Shown: one piece after another, positions 40,245 to 52,479 of the stretch
Layout: each line of letters starts with the position of its first letter
Position numbering within the stretch: the stretch's first letter is position 1
DNA from: Tubiluchus corallicola
Taxonomy: Eukaryota; Animalia; Priapulida
Reading direction: 5' to 3'
Assembly (NCBI GenBank): GCA_030141605.1
Contig: JAQGDQ010000279.1
Location: forward strand, 124,001 to 188,000
Length of the DNA stretch: 64,000 nucleotides
Position numbers and translations under genes: made by a program
Notes under the pieces: model-generated
The model's database searches: none
What the model was told of the DNA's origin: nothing
Seen by the model: only the letters and a program-made list of their open reading frames with translations

Positions 40245-40774
40245 CAGGGTTTGTCAACCTGGGATTCGTGAACCCAGGGGTTAGCAGAACAGTTTACATA
40301 GGTGGAATGTTGACTAGCGAAAGAGTGCTATATCTTTTTGTGTATCTATGTATAGGCATATTGATCATGTTTTGTCTGTAGTGCGATTTATTTTCCATGT
40401 GTGTATGTTTATATGGAATTTACTCTTCGTTAAACTGCAATTCAATTTTAAGTGTTAGGCGGTTGATGATTGTAGTCAGTTAACTTGCATCAGTTGATAC
40501 GTGCAGTTGTAAAGGTCTAGTTACTGTCATATTGTCTTGTAAATGCTCCTTTTTGTTTACATAAACATGAAACTTTATGATGCTGCTTTAACTTCTGAAT
40601 AAAATCATTAAAAACCACATGAAATCCATTGTGCATTTAATAAGTCTTAATATAATAATATTTTTCTATCTTGAGTTTATTCTATGTATTGCATAAATTC
40701 TGTGACAAGATAGTGGCAGATGGTCTGATAACTCTGAGGGTAGCTACTTAACAAAAAAAGGTTGAGAATCACTG
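40245..40774. mobile_element. hAT (Charlie-like) MITE
   Basis: CAGGGTTTGTCAACC...GGTTGAGAATCACTG; TSD CATTAAAT/CATTTAAT. Confidence 0.8.
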
Positions 40775-40942
40775 CATTTAATGACTGAGCTTGCAAAGCT
40801 TTTTTTATTGTAATCTGTAAGCTGCTGCTGTTATCTGGGGCAAGTGAGTTGTAGCAATTAGAAAATTTTTAACAACAACAATTGGTCATCTACACCTATT
40901 AGCTGCCAGTAGATTGTGATAAACTCATTTTATGTCACTTAC

Positions 40943-41052
40943 CCTCTTTCTACGAGTACGACGGATTCATCGATTAAATGAGAGTTATCTGGTGGACTAC
41001 ATCCATGCTGCGGAGATGCTAGAACTAGCCTGGTGTTAAGGTGATTCTTTTT
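40943..41052 (-). CDS. PRADC1: PRADC1 exon 3
   Basis: RLVLASPQHGC...VVLVERG; phase 0-2 GT-AG. Confidence 0.92.
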
Positions 41053-41198
41053 CTAAACAAAAGAAAAATGTGTTTATTAAGATTTTCACCTAACAGGCTA
41101 CAGTTAAAGTGAATTCTTTTAAGAGATGCACCATCTTAATTTAAGGTGCTATATTATATTGTTTTCAATAAACCCATTTATCAGACACGTGTTATTGC

Positions 41199-41842
41199 CA
41201 GGAATGTTACCGAAACTGAAATAACAAACCGAAACCAAACCGAAATCGTTTTTGCAAAACCAACTATTATGAAAAAAATTCTGAAATAAATAAATGCTTT
41301 GTTCTTGTGCATATGCTTATGTTCACTCTGATACAAGCTTGATTGAAGTAGCTAGGCAAAAAATCTAATCAAAAAAATAGAACAACAATCATGGTTAAAG
41401 ATCATGAAGCTTCAAAAAAATGACAAATTTTATTTTGTAAGTATTTTGTTGCCTATGCTTCATAAATTATAAAATTAAACTTGGTTTTATTCAAATTACA
41501 CTTTGATAATTCAGTTGTTAGTGCCTGGAGACCTTAAAGCTTCACAGTCGTCAGCACTGAAGATATGTCGCGTTGCAGTAAAAAGCATGTAACAAATGAT
41601 ATAAAAAGTGTTAAAGAAACGATATTTACACTTTATTTGAACAATTTTAACCAAAATTTTTCAGCAATTTTTAACATCTAGGAGAAAAAGGTAAGCTGGA
41701 TAAATGTTACCAAAACAAACAGGAAAATGATACCGAAAGTTTCAGGTACGAAATTTAATAATTTTCGATGGAAGCGAAACCTCAACCGAAAGTGCAATTA
41801 TCGGCAAACCGAAGTGAAATTTTCGTTTCAGTAAAATCACTG
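41199..41842. mobile_element. hAT-type MITE with AACCGAA subterminal repeats
   Basis: CAGGAATGTTACCGAAAC...GTTTCAGTAAAATCACTG; TSD GTTATTGC/GTTACTGC. Confidence 0.8.
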
Positions 41843-42061
41843 GTTACTGCTTTTTTATTCTACAGCTACTCCTCTTAGACTGTTTGTATGCAGCTAGATA
41901 CACAGTAATGCACAACACATTCCACAAGCCTGATAACATTGCATTACCATAATTCTGCATAAGTTTGTTATACTAAACTCATACCATGGTGACAGCACAG
42001 GTCCTGTTGTACAAAAAAAAGTAATCATAAGACAGTAACAGATTCAATCTTTTATACTTAC

Positions 42062-42210
42062 AAAAACTCCTCCAAAATCGATGGCTGGCATTATTGTATA
42101 AACATACTTTAATTCTCTAGGTGAAACTATCTCAAAATACGTACTACGAACGAACTTGTTGTCGACAATGCCCACTTGTACATTAGCAATCAGGGAGCTT
42201 ACACAGATAT
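42062..42210 (-). CDS. PRADC1: PRADC1 exon 2
   Basis: YFEIVSPRELKYVYTIMPAIDFGGVF; phase 1-0 GT-AG. Confidence 0.92.
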
Positions 42211-43892
42211 CTGAAAATAAAAAAAACAGCCTTGGTGATCTCACAGCAAATAAACACTCACTGTAAAATAAATTAAATTTATAATGACAAGAATGATGAC
42301 AATTAATGAAAAAATTTACAATTAAAAAAATTAGATTTCATTAAAAGTCCAAGTTCTGTTAACACGCTTCATGTTTTCTCACATACAACCAACAAAAATA
42401 AAAATAGTTGCAATTGGACAGGATTAACAGTTAATTTTAGCATCTAAGCTAAAGTTTTAATATATTTAAGACTAGCTTTCAGTTTGCTGAGATTAGCTCT
42501 AGGTTTGCGTAATGCAAACAATTCACTTTTATATCAAGTAAAATTACCGTACTGCAAAGTATATTGCATTGTGCTTGAGACAAGACATGATACAAACAAT
42601 CAAAATTCTACATGGTATTGACAAAACATATATATGTTACAGAATATCAGCCACCACCACAACAACAAACTAGAAGGCATTTATATAGACTACTAGTCAA
42701 GCAACGCATTCACGGTAAATGGACAAGCAGCAGGACATATTTTTACTCGGAGCTACAAGCCATTGGAGCAAACTCCCAGCCCATCAATTTGGCACGCTAT
42801 ATGATAAGCAATGGTAGCAAAGATCATAGATCCCATCCTAACCTCCCTCTATCTGCAGTGGTGTCAGCAAATTAAAGCAAACTCAGTGACAAGGAACCAA
42901 GAGGGGAAAATGGCACATATGCTAATGTGTAAAGATTATGTGTTGCACTGTATTGCACTGCCATGAAACTTCTTTACTGTTTTCCAAAAAAATAGTTTAT
43001 TTTGTCTAAGTCTCTGTAGTTCTGGTATTTCCTATAAGTGACTTTATAAAAGAGTCTGATGTGTTGGGTTACGATAAATTAAAATGGTGTTGCAGAAGAG
43101 GTAGATTTTAAAAAACGTTTAGAGTCCACTTAGGCTGGAACGGATGTTCTTCACAATACTTGTCTAGTTTTTCCTTGAATTGATCTGCTGATGTGGTGCT
43201 CCTTATCAGCCTGGTGAGGGAATTCCAATCATTTATCGCTCTGAAAATTTATCACTTTATAATATTTTTGTTTCTTAAATATTTATATTTTACTTTTAGT
43301 CACTGTCCTCACTGTAGAATCTGGACTCTGGAGGGGCTATTTTTAGTGTTATATTGGTGTTCTTTCTTTGTGGCTGTAAGATTTCTTTGTCTGTAATCAT
43401 GAAGGACACAGCAGATAGTGCATTGTTAAAATGGCAAGTGTACGAGTTTTTATGTTTTACGTGGTTTTAATGAACAATTTAATACTTTTCTTTTCATGGT
43501 TATGGTTGTTATGTTGGTAGAGGTGGTAATGTTACATCTGCCTTACAACAGGGAAGCCCAGATTGGGCAGGCTAACAGTTAAGTAGTAATGCCTACGTCA
43601 CAAGTATGATGTAACCAATATGACAGAGGGGAATGCTGGCACAATTGAAGCCATAGTGCTCATACACTTTCGCCATACCACCACTGACCTTGCTTCTCAC
43701 CATACCACGACAACTACCGCTAGGTAGCAATTCCACTTAAGCGACTACTTCAAAGAGAAAACATAAATGTAAAACGCGAGAGAGAAAACGTGTGATAAAA
43801 CGATTAACAGAGGTTCAACAAAGAGACAAATATGGACAAAAAAGTCTACTTATAGGCTTCGCCCTGCGGATCTGCGATAATCCTATACATAC

Positions 43893-43944
43893 CGATCTTA
43901 GCTAAAAGTAAAAATAACGGTACAAGTGACGTCAAAACTTTCAT
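43893..43944 (-). CDS. PRADC1: PRADC1 exon 1 (signal peptide); ~199 aa total; in-frame upstream ATG at 44007
   Basis: MKVLTSLVPLFLLLAKI followed by G|GTATGT, phase 1 matches exon 2. Confidence 0.75.
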
Positions 43945-44339
43945 GATACAAACGTTAGATAAACTTTTAAAAACAAAAACAATGAAAACGTCCACAGGCG
44001 CCGCCATATTTGTTAAAACACGCTTTGAGAAATTTTAAGCGCACCATCAAGTAGACTGATTTTATTTACCATATCAACAGCGGTATGTAAAATTCCAAGC
44101 GAGGAATTTTATAGCTACAAATTTTTCATAGTAATAATCTTTGCAACTTATTGAACAATAATGGAGTGCAATGTAATTCGAGCACAAAAAATTGTGACAA
44201 AAATTGAAATTCACAATAATAATAAAAATGAGACATACTGCTTAACCACTAGCCCATCGTATTTCTTAGTGGACAAAACAGTCCATGGATTGTCCCATGT
44301 AGCTGGCCAACCATATTTAGGATTTCCCGGTGTCCATAT

Positions 44340-44410
44340 CAGTTCAGATCAAGGTGTCTATAATGTAGGCAGGAGGTTACAGGTTCAAATCCAGGTTGCA
44401 ACCCAACCAG
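44340..44410 (+). repeat. Single tRNA-like arm related to the foldback family
   Basis: AAGGTGTCTATAATGTAGGC...GGTTCAAATCCAGG resembles 7742-7790. Confidence 0.5.
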
Positions 44411-47400
44411 CATCCTGCCAGTTTCCTGCATCTACCACCTCTCAAGCGAAGGAAAATCTAAATTCCCACCTTTTCATATTTCTTGCCTTTATTAATTTAA
44501 TTAATTAATTGTGGGTTTGTTTGTAATATCATAATTTTGACATCAAGATTATAATTAATTAATGAGTCTGTGCAGGTACAGATAAAAAACTGACAAAACA
44601 CGTAGCTTTAAATCATTATTAAAAATACGTTTTATTGCTGGCGACTCATTGTACAAGGTGTTTGGTGAATTAATAGTTGTTATTAGACTGTGAGAAGTTT
44701 CCCGCCTGTTTGCTTGGCCTTTAAACTCAGTTTTCCATTAACCAACTGTGCATGTCACGTGTATGCTTCGCAATTCTCTAAGCGTCAAATAATACCACAT
44801 TAGATAGCTTCTCTTTCTAAGAATGAAAAAATTATTACTACATATCAATATAAACCATTGCTCAAATTTCGGTAGTAGTTCCTTGTGGTGAGAAAACATA
44901 ACTTGTGCCATCATAAATATGTATATGATAATATCATACATCTGCTGCATTTCAGTTAGACTATTTATTTAAAATCTTTCCACAAAGAAAATCTTCAATG
45001 TATATTATTTTTTTACAGAAAGCGGGAACGAGTACATGTACATCTGGACCTGTTGATGCTCATAATTTACTTACAAATTTGAAGTTTGACTCAAATAATA
45101 ACATTCAAGCAGTACTTAACCAGCAAACAGACTGTATTCAGGAAAAATATATTGCCAAAAGTTACAGAAGCATGTTTCAATATGATAATGAATAACAACA
45201 ACAATTAGCAGCAACATAACCCCAACCTGATAAATTCACTGCACCTTAATGAATGTGCTGGATACATTAAAGAATCGTTTGCTTTGTTGCATAACACGCT
45301 AATTCAAGTCAGAAGGCAAACTATTCTACCAACAAAAAAGACTGTCAATCATAAACACAGAGCCTGCTCATAATATTATCTCCAATTTTTTTAAGACTTT
45401 ATAATTGCATAACCGTAGCATTTTCTTGAAAAGCTAAACGAAGTTATCTGCAATACCGCCAAAGATTGCGAGAATTGAAATTGCATAATTAGCTAATTAT
45501 TTTTTAAGTGCTGCTCTTTTACAAGTTAACCCGAGCAGCACGCTAAAGAAAGACTAGTTATACAGTGGTTTAACCCTTTGAACAATGGACACAGGCTCAC
45601 ACTGCATGGTCATAATTTGAAGAGAAGTTATGCAGACTGCTTCTTTTGAAAAGCAGCCAAACTCCATAAAAATTTAAATCCACTATAATGGAACTTTTTA
45701 CACATTCAGCACTTGAAAACTGCAAATATTTGAATAAGCATGTGCATTTTAATTCCTTAATAACACTATTATAATGAGCCCTGCATAAATTCAATTTTGT
45801 TATTTCCAACAGTAAGTGCATCTTAGCATCAAAACTTCGTTAAGTTCATTGTAAAACAGAGGAGACCAAATAGGTATCACCCTGCAACACTGTGTAAAAC
45901 AAAAGGGAGTTAATGAGCATCCACTAATTTGATGTTCAATGATAATAAGACACGGTACTAAAGTAAGAATAGTAACGAAAGCTCCTCATCCATCTTTGAG
46001 AAAGAGATGGCAATCGATATAAGACAACAACTGTGAGCTATGACAGTGACAGCTATGTGACCATTGTCCAACAGGGTCAAGATGTGACTGCCACTCTCCA
46101 AATTTTGTATAGTTAAAATAATGCAGGTTGTACCTGCTAAGATTTTATATAATAAGCAATAATTATAACGTATATATTTACGTGCCACTGCTTCTAGTGC
46201 AAGGCACCATACGATAATACACTTAGTGTTAACACACAAACGACGCATAATATTATAAGCATCTTTTTAAGAAACTACATTTACTAGCTACAGGTGGCGC
46301 CAATCTCCAATCTAGGCTGCTTGATGTTGCAATCACAGGTATGCACGATGAGGATAGAGTGCGCTTTCCCCAAAACCATTTACTCTGACAAGAATTCGTC
46401 CGTTACGCGAACATTTTTGTTTGCGTATTTTCTAACGCAAAGCTACACAGTAACAAATAGAGCACTACCGCAATAGCAATGACGACACTAACACCGCTCA
46501 ATAGTTAAACTGTCGTAAGAACAACTACTTGCTTAAATGGAACACAATAGAAACATCGATAAAATCACAGTAAAAATCAGTAAAAAGTCTTTGACAACTG
46601 CCACTACGCCTACCATGGTCAAACTCATCCATTACGAAAACAACTACGAGGCAATAGTAAGATCAGTTTATATAGTACAAAGTAAAAAATCTACGAAATG
46701 TGAAAAATCTTAACTTCGTATAGACAAAATATGTTGAGGTAGATTCTATTTTAATATTGTGAGGTAGAGTTTCTACTACACAGATCAACAAACTGAATAA
46801 GAACGGATTAATTACATACTAGTACCAACACATATCAATATAAAAGAGACATACAAAAGGATACAAGTTACCTGTAACTGGGGACTCGCGATTTGAAAAC
46901 CAGAAAGTAACGTTCACAAGTGAAAAAATCAACTAATAACATGGACCCCTATTCTGTGAACTTATTCTAACAGGATCATGGAAAATCTTAAAGGAAGGGC
47001 CAAGCATTCTCGGAAGTTAGGCTTTATGCTTTTTAAATAGTTTACTTTCAAATTTCTTTGCTATATTTTTCTAAGTTTAAGTGATCACAGTAAAATAAAC
47101 CGAACTTGTCAAGTGACTTGTCGTTTTGTTTAACATACAAATATCTAAGAATGCTGGCCCTGATTTGACGGTGACCACGCATGAAATAGATTTCCTCGCG
47201 TAACAAAAATCCACAGCACTCATTCCTCAACTTTACAAAGCATATTTACAATATCACAATACAGTGAATAATTTTGCAGACGCTCGCCCGTGATGTCTCT
47301 CTTCAAATCTTGCAAAACTTTGGTTTCTTGAAAGGCCAACGGCGACATTTTCGATTAGATATGCAACGTTAGCAAGACAGCACATCTTTGATGGCGTGTC

Positions 47401-48020
47401 GTTTACATATCACATCAGTTACGAAGTTTGCTATCACTTCACACTCACTCGGGACGAAAAATAAATAATTACAGGATAAAAATTTTTAAAAAATTTTTGA
47501 CAGTCTTCCATAATTTTTTTTTTAAATCAGATTTTAGAAGTGCGCGCCACCTCTGATACGAATATATTACACCTGCAGGCCCACAAACACAAAGACAATA
47601 ATATTTATCGTGTAAAGTTGGTACTAAAAGAAACACAGTAATCAAATATTGTCTTAGATTATACAATAGATATATCATGCATTCGTTTGTACTTTTAGGA
47701 TAATGGCCAATAACCATCAGCTACTATAGAAGAACTAGAAGTGGCTACCACGTCAAAATGCTAAAATTTTACAACTAATAAAAAGTTGTCACCACCAACT
47801 CGCACACGATAAATTCATTGTACCAGTTTACAAGAGCTCCACAGAAGCTTGTCGGCCGGATGTTGTGCTTCAAAAGACATCAGTTCATTTTATCATTACT
47901 TTAAAAGCAAGTTTGTCAGATGTTGTTACACAAAAATACTTGAACAACAATTACCACGATGCATATAATCATCTGAAACTTCTGAATTTGAAACTTATGT
48001 GAGTGGATTTGTTAAGTTAA

Positions 48021-48501
48021 AGAACAAGAAAAGACAATTTAAAAAGTATATCCCCAAAAACTTTTCATACAAAGTTATGTTACTTAGCATTATGTTTACC
48101 TGCCTGAAAGAGTTATGTAATTGGAAAAGAAAATTCTTAATTTGAAATATTCATGCCAGCTAGCAAAATGGCACTGTATTGCCATTCCAGTGTGCACCAC
48201 TGACTCACCCAAAATGTATTACTGGCAAGATGAAGAAATTTATACATTTGCTTAGTTAGCGAAGAATTTGATACAAATGCTCTGATTATTTTCCCAAACT
48301 TTACTCGATGTTACCTAATTTATTTCAACTGACTTAGCGCTAAAATGGCTGCATTCAACGGTCATCAAGGGAGTTTCAATTTATACGTTTTATACAGCGT
48401 TACTGCTGACACAGGCTTTGTACTTAATAAGGCAGCATGTAAGTGACATAAAATTTCAAGACAAATTTTTAAGCTTTATTTACGAAGTGTTTTCTTGTGG
48501 T
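48021..48501 (+). mobile_element. Kolobok-like non-autonomous element (older copy)
   Basis: TTAA|AGAACAAGAAAA...TTTTCTTGTGGT|TCAA; family interior. Confidence 0.7.
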
Positions 48502-49212
48502 TCAAATGGCTGCCTCATTTTGTACCGAAAAGAATTTTCAGTAATTTTATTCACGAGCGCGAAGCTGAACTTTAATGAACTTCAAAATATGATGTTCTGT
48601 TCAGTGATAGGCTTGGCTTAATATGAACACACATTTGCATGAGATAAACAATGTACTGAATAGGCAACTACGCCTAGGCCTGGAAAGTTGTTGCATTTCA
48701 TATGACAAAATCACAAACTGGCCGAATACACTGAAAACTGCTATAATGAACTACTCCAACCATACCTTCAAAACCAAGCTCGCTAAACATAAACAGCTAT
48801 GTTGTTAAAAAAAGTTTCAGTTAAAAATTCATATTATCGCTATTCGTTCAGAGTATAGTATCAATAGCGACACAACATAACAAGTTGCAAAGACGTGGCA
48901 GTGATCGAAAGTTAGTTGACTGAGTTGACTAGGGTTGATTAGTCTACCTGTATTGAAACACAATAGCACAAAGTTACGGTAGTGTATTTCATTACCCAGG
49001 AAATGCTTACACCCAATCTGTTATAAACTGGTTCTAATGGTTTGGTAGTGTAAATTATAAAGTACTTCGTATACGCACTCACATACATAGTTATCCATAA
49101 GTACACGATATCAACTTACCTCAGCAATTACAGTTAAAAAAGTCTAAATAACAATCAATAATAAAATATATCACCGGGATTTGTATGTCTAAGACACGAT
49201 TATTTGTCGCGC

Positions 49213-49463
49213 TTAAGAAAACGAGTTGATCATTTCATCCAGGAGGGCCGGCAACTGGGCAGTACCAGGCAGTCGACCCGTCCAGTTCTTCTGCAGGTTC
49301 AATAGAAGCTGCCTTCCCACGAAGGCTGTATAAAAGACGTGAGGTAGTAGTAGCAGTAGCCTGTTGAGGAGAAGCATGTCTCCGCGGCATGCCACCAACA
49401 GCATCTCCAGGCACAGCTGCTCGAGTTCTTCAACTTGAGGAACGTTCCGTAATTTGCAAGTTT
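49213..49463 (-). CDS. NR3/estrogen-receptor-like nuclear receptor, last exon (H9-H12)
   Basis: LLNRLLLLLPHV (H10/11) and AF-2 LLDEMI; acceptor TTTTCAG|, phase 1. Confidence 0.88.
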
Positions 49464-49530
49464 CTGAAAAGATATCAGATGTATGTAGAAATGTCTGTTT
49501 ACACAGTCCACCAGCAAACACGCAGTTAAT

Positions 49531-49685
49531 TGTTGACTTACAAATGTGTATACAGTTTATAACAAGGTAAGCAAATTGTTTGCTTACCAATACGCATACA
49601 GTTTATAATAAGGTAAGCAAATTGTTGGCTTACCAATGTGCATACAGATAATAACAAGGTAAGCAAATTACTGGCTTACCAATGT
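49531..49685. repeat. 46-bp tandem repeat (~3.3 units) containing a GGTAAGC..GCTTACC hairpin and the splice donor
   Basis: Units start at 49561, 49607 and 49653, plus a partial unit at 49531. Confidence 0.9.
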
Positions 49686-49825
49686 TGCTGGTTAATAAAA
49701 TGCCTTTCAGACACACTAAATGCTCCACGGTGAAGTCCAGTTCCGCCATTCGCCTCGTGAGATCAACGATGTACTCTCCAACTTCCTTTGCAGACGGGTC
49801 ACCAAAAATGTTCACCAGATCATTT
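49680..49825 (-). CDS. ER-like receptor LBD exon (H7-H8)
   Basis: RRMAELDFTVEHLVCLKGILLTS (cf. EEFVCLKSIILLNS); phase 2-1. Confidence 0.9.
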
Positions 49826-50142
49826 CTGTAGCATATGAGAAACTTAGTCGAAAAAAGAAAAATTACTAACAGAGAAACAACATGCTGGTATAATGTCTGG
49901 GAAGAGCCTGCAACCTAGTTGTTACTTAAATCCAGCACTTTTAATTTCGCAGATTAAGAAACCAATGTTAAGGGAAAAGTACATGTAAGTGAGCATGTAT
50001 ACTGTAGTTGTATTTGTACAAATAATGCCCCCCTCAACATCAGCACAAAATGTACAAAATCTCAGCACAGCAAAATATATAAAAAGTAGCTCAAATGCAA
50101 GTGCCAAACTGCATACAAGAAACAAACATAAACAATACTCAC

Positions 50143-50281
50143 GGTGTAACAACAAGTTTATTCAAGATGTATATGCTATTGTCATACGGCATTGATAAAT
50201 ACGCTGTACTGAGGATGGTAGCACCCGTCCAAGAGTTCAGTACCAGATGAATTTGATCTTGAATGTACAAGTCGTTAAAAC
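50143..50281 (-). CDS. ER-like receptor LBD exon (H4-H5), 139 nt
   Basis: GFNDLYIQDQIHLVLNSW...AYLSMPY (cf. FVDLTLHDQVHLLECAW...WRSMEH); phase 1-2. Confidence 0.9.
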
Positions 50282-50402
50282 CTAAAAAGAGAATTGGTGA
50301 ATCTACAAAAACTACAATAAATAAATGATCTTTATGCAAATGTCTACCGAAAAGGATCGAGCTCAGATCGTCTGGACACAGCGACAAAATGGGCAGCATC
50401 TA

Positions 50403-51166
50403 TTAGGTCAATTTATTTCAGAAAGATGAAAATGCAAGTTCTTTATTTGCCATAATTTCTGACTGAGTTTAGCTGAAACAAAAATGTATCTGAAATAATG
50501 TGGCAAAGTTTAAAGTACAATAATATTAGAAGCAAATGCCCTACAATGTCGAAATTTCATGGCATGATATTACGCTATATTAGCTTTTGCTTACAAAAGT
50601 TACAAGTGTATAGTTTTGGTAGTTTTTAAGTTATGGATAAAAAATTTGCATGTTAAAAATTTAAATGCTAGATAAATGCCAGCTAATCATCAACTGAAGA
50701 ACAGCCAAGTTGATGTATATGAGCTCTCATAGTTCATGCTAGAAAAACAATAAAAGAATCAGCCAGTTTACATTATGGTCTTCACCACGCAAAATAAAGC
50801 ACTGATAAAGATTTGGCAAAAAATGGGATTTAATTCTCTAGATCATGGTTTCTGGAATTCCCTTAAAGAGAAAATGTATGACAGCCACAGAGAGCCGTTT
50901 GATGCAGAAGAACTAGAGGCAAAAATTGTTTGGACAAATACTCCTTCAAGAAGTGAGAAACTGTCAGTTGTGAAAAAAATGCGTTCATCAAGTTTGCATT
51001 GAAAGTGGTAGAAACATAGAACATTTACTATAAATTTTGACAATAGTGACACAAATTTTTCCAGCATTTATTTTTTTGACTTGTTGTTTTAAAACTTCTG
51101 TATCTTTGGAAAAATCTAATTGAACAACCAAAAATTTTTGGTATTTATACACAAGGTGGCACCTGA
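50403..51166 (+). mobile_element. Internally deleted Tc1/mariner-superfamily transposon remnant
   Basis: FNSLDHGFWNSLKEKMY...EELEAKI resembles the transposase motif SPDLNPLDYxxWxxLKxKVY; ends TA|TTAGGT...ACCTGA|TA. Confidence 0.65.
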
Positions 51167-51506
51167 TAGACTATTGCTTGAAGTGTTTGCCTGTAAAGTC
51201 CAAGAACGTTGTTTAGGACAGACATTGCCCAAGTTCAATATGCAATGCAAATATTGAAGCACACGGAGTGTAATGCTAGACTGGGTGTCAACCAGGCTTC
51301 ATATGCACTGGATTCTTTGGGGAAAATCAGGCGTAACTGTGGTCAGTGGTCAGTGAATAGAAACACCAATACCCTAGTAACACATGTTATGCTGTAAACT
51401 TGTATATACAGCACACAATAATTCTGCACACACTTAAAATTGAATATACTTAGTTGTTTTCCTCTTTATATAAAATTCTGCAAGGTGTCATCAGTTAATT
51501 GCATAC

Positions 51507-51591
51507 CTGGTATTAATCTGGCCCAACGGATGTAAGACGTGAGAACTTCTTCAGTGGTCTTTAAAACCATCATCAAAACTTCAGTTGTCAT
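51507..51591 (-). CDS. ER-like receptor LBD exon (H3)
   Basis: MTTEVLMMVLKTTEEVLTSYIRWARLIPG (WAKxxPGF signature); phase 0-1. Confidence 0.88.
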
Positions 51592-52366
51592 CTATGAGGA
51601 AAAACTGTTTACACAAGCACTAACAAACAAAAAGCTCCTTATGACAACAGAGAATAACGTCATTTCTGTATCACACAAAACAGGTCATCAAATGTTTACT
51701 GTAATATCTAAGGACAGAGACTTAAATTTTACCAGACCGCTTATTCTATGACTGTGATTTTTACAAAACACGGCAATCATCTCGAGCTCGCAGTTGCATT
51801 TTCTGTAACAAGCATAGCATAACTATCAAACGAGCAGGGACGATGCCTTGGTCCCAGAACAGGTTTAGTAGTATACCCCACTGGCTAAATTCCACTCAGA
51901 GCAGTGTGGAACCACAGCACTGTATTATGACAATCGCTAAGACACAACAATAAGAAAAACCTTGTTGTCTATAATACCACACAGTTTTGCTAGTAACAGA
52001 GCTTGTTATACAATCATATTTAATTTTTCTGTAGACACTAACTAATTTACCATACTTCACAACTCAGTGAACAGACCTTGAAATACATATAAGAGCAAAA
52101 TGTCCTGGATTAGATTTTGTATGTGACTTCAATAAGAGTCTGTTGGGAAATTTTATATCAACAGTAGAACGGAAACGTACTGACCAAGAAGGCATATTTC
52201 CTCGCGCAATAAACATACTAACCTGTCTTATTCAGTGCAATGAAGTATGCAATTCACAATATTTTAATAGCGTAAAAAAATTTAGAGGAAATGGTAGCTA
52301 AACGGTAACGTTTAGTTGTTTTTAATTGTGTAACTGTTACACCTACACCAAACGAGTTAATCGCAC

Positions 52367-52479
52367 CTGGAAAGCAGGCATAGCCGAAGTTTGACTAGAA
52401 TTAGAACAGAAAGATGATGATGAAGCAAATGAACAGGATCCGTGTTCCACTTCTATGTTCTGCGTGGCAGCAACAACAC
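52367..52479 (-). CDS. ER-like receptor hinge exon (tentative)
   Basis: Open phase 1-0 GT-AG exon linking its neighbours in frame; no conserved motif. Confidence 0.5.

Noticed and set aside
42548-42608. Alternative PRADC1 first exon
   Set aside because: The longer ATG frame has the wrong phase and the phase-compatible frame lacks a hydrophobic signal peptide; 43893-43944 fits better
32756-44007. NGLY1-PRADC1 as a functional glycoprotein quality-control cluster
   Set aside because: Convergent adjacency only; no evidence of co-regulation or conserved linkage
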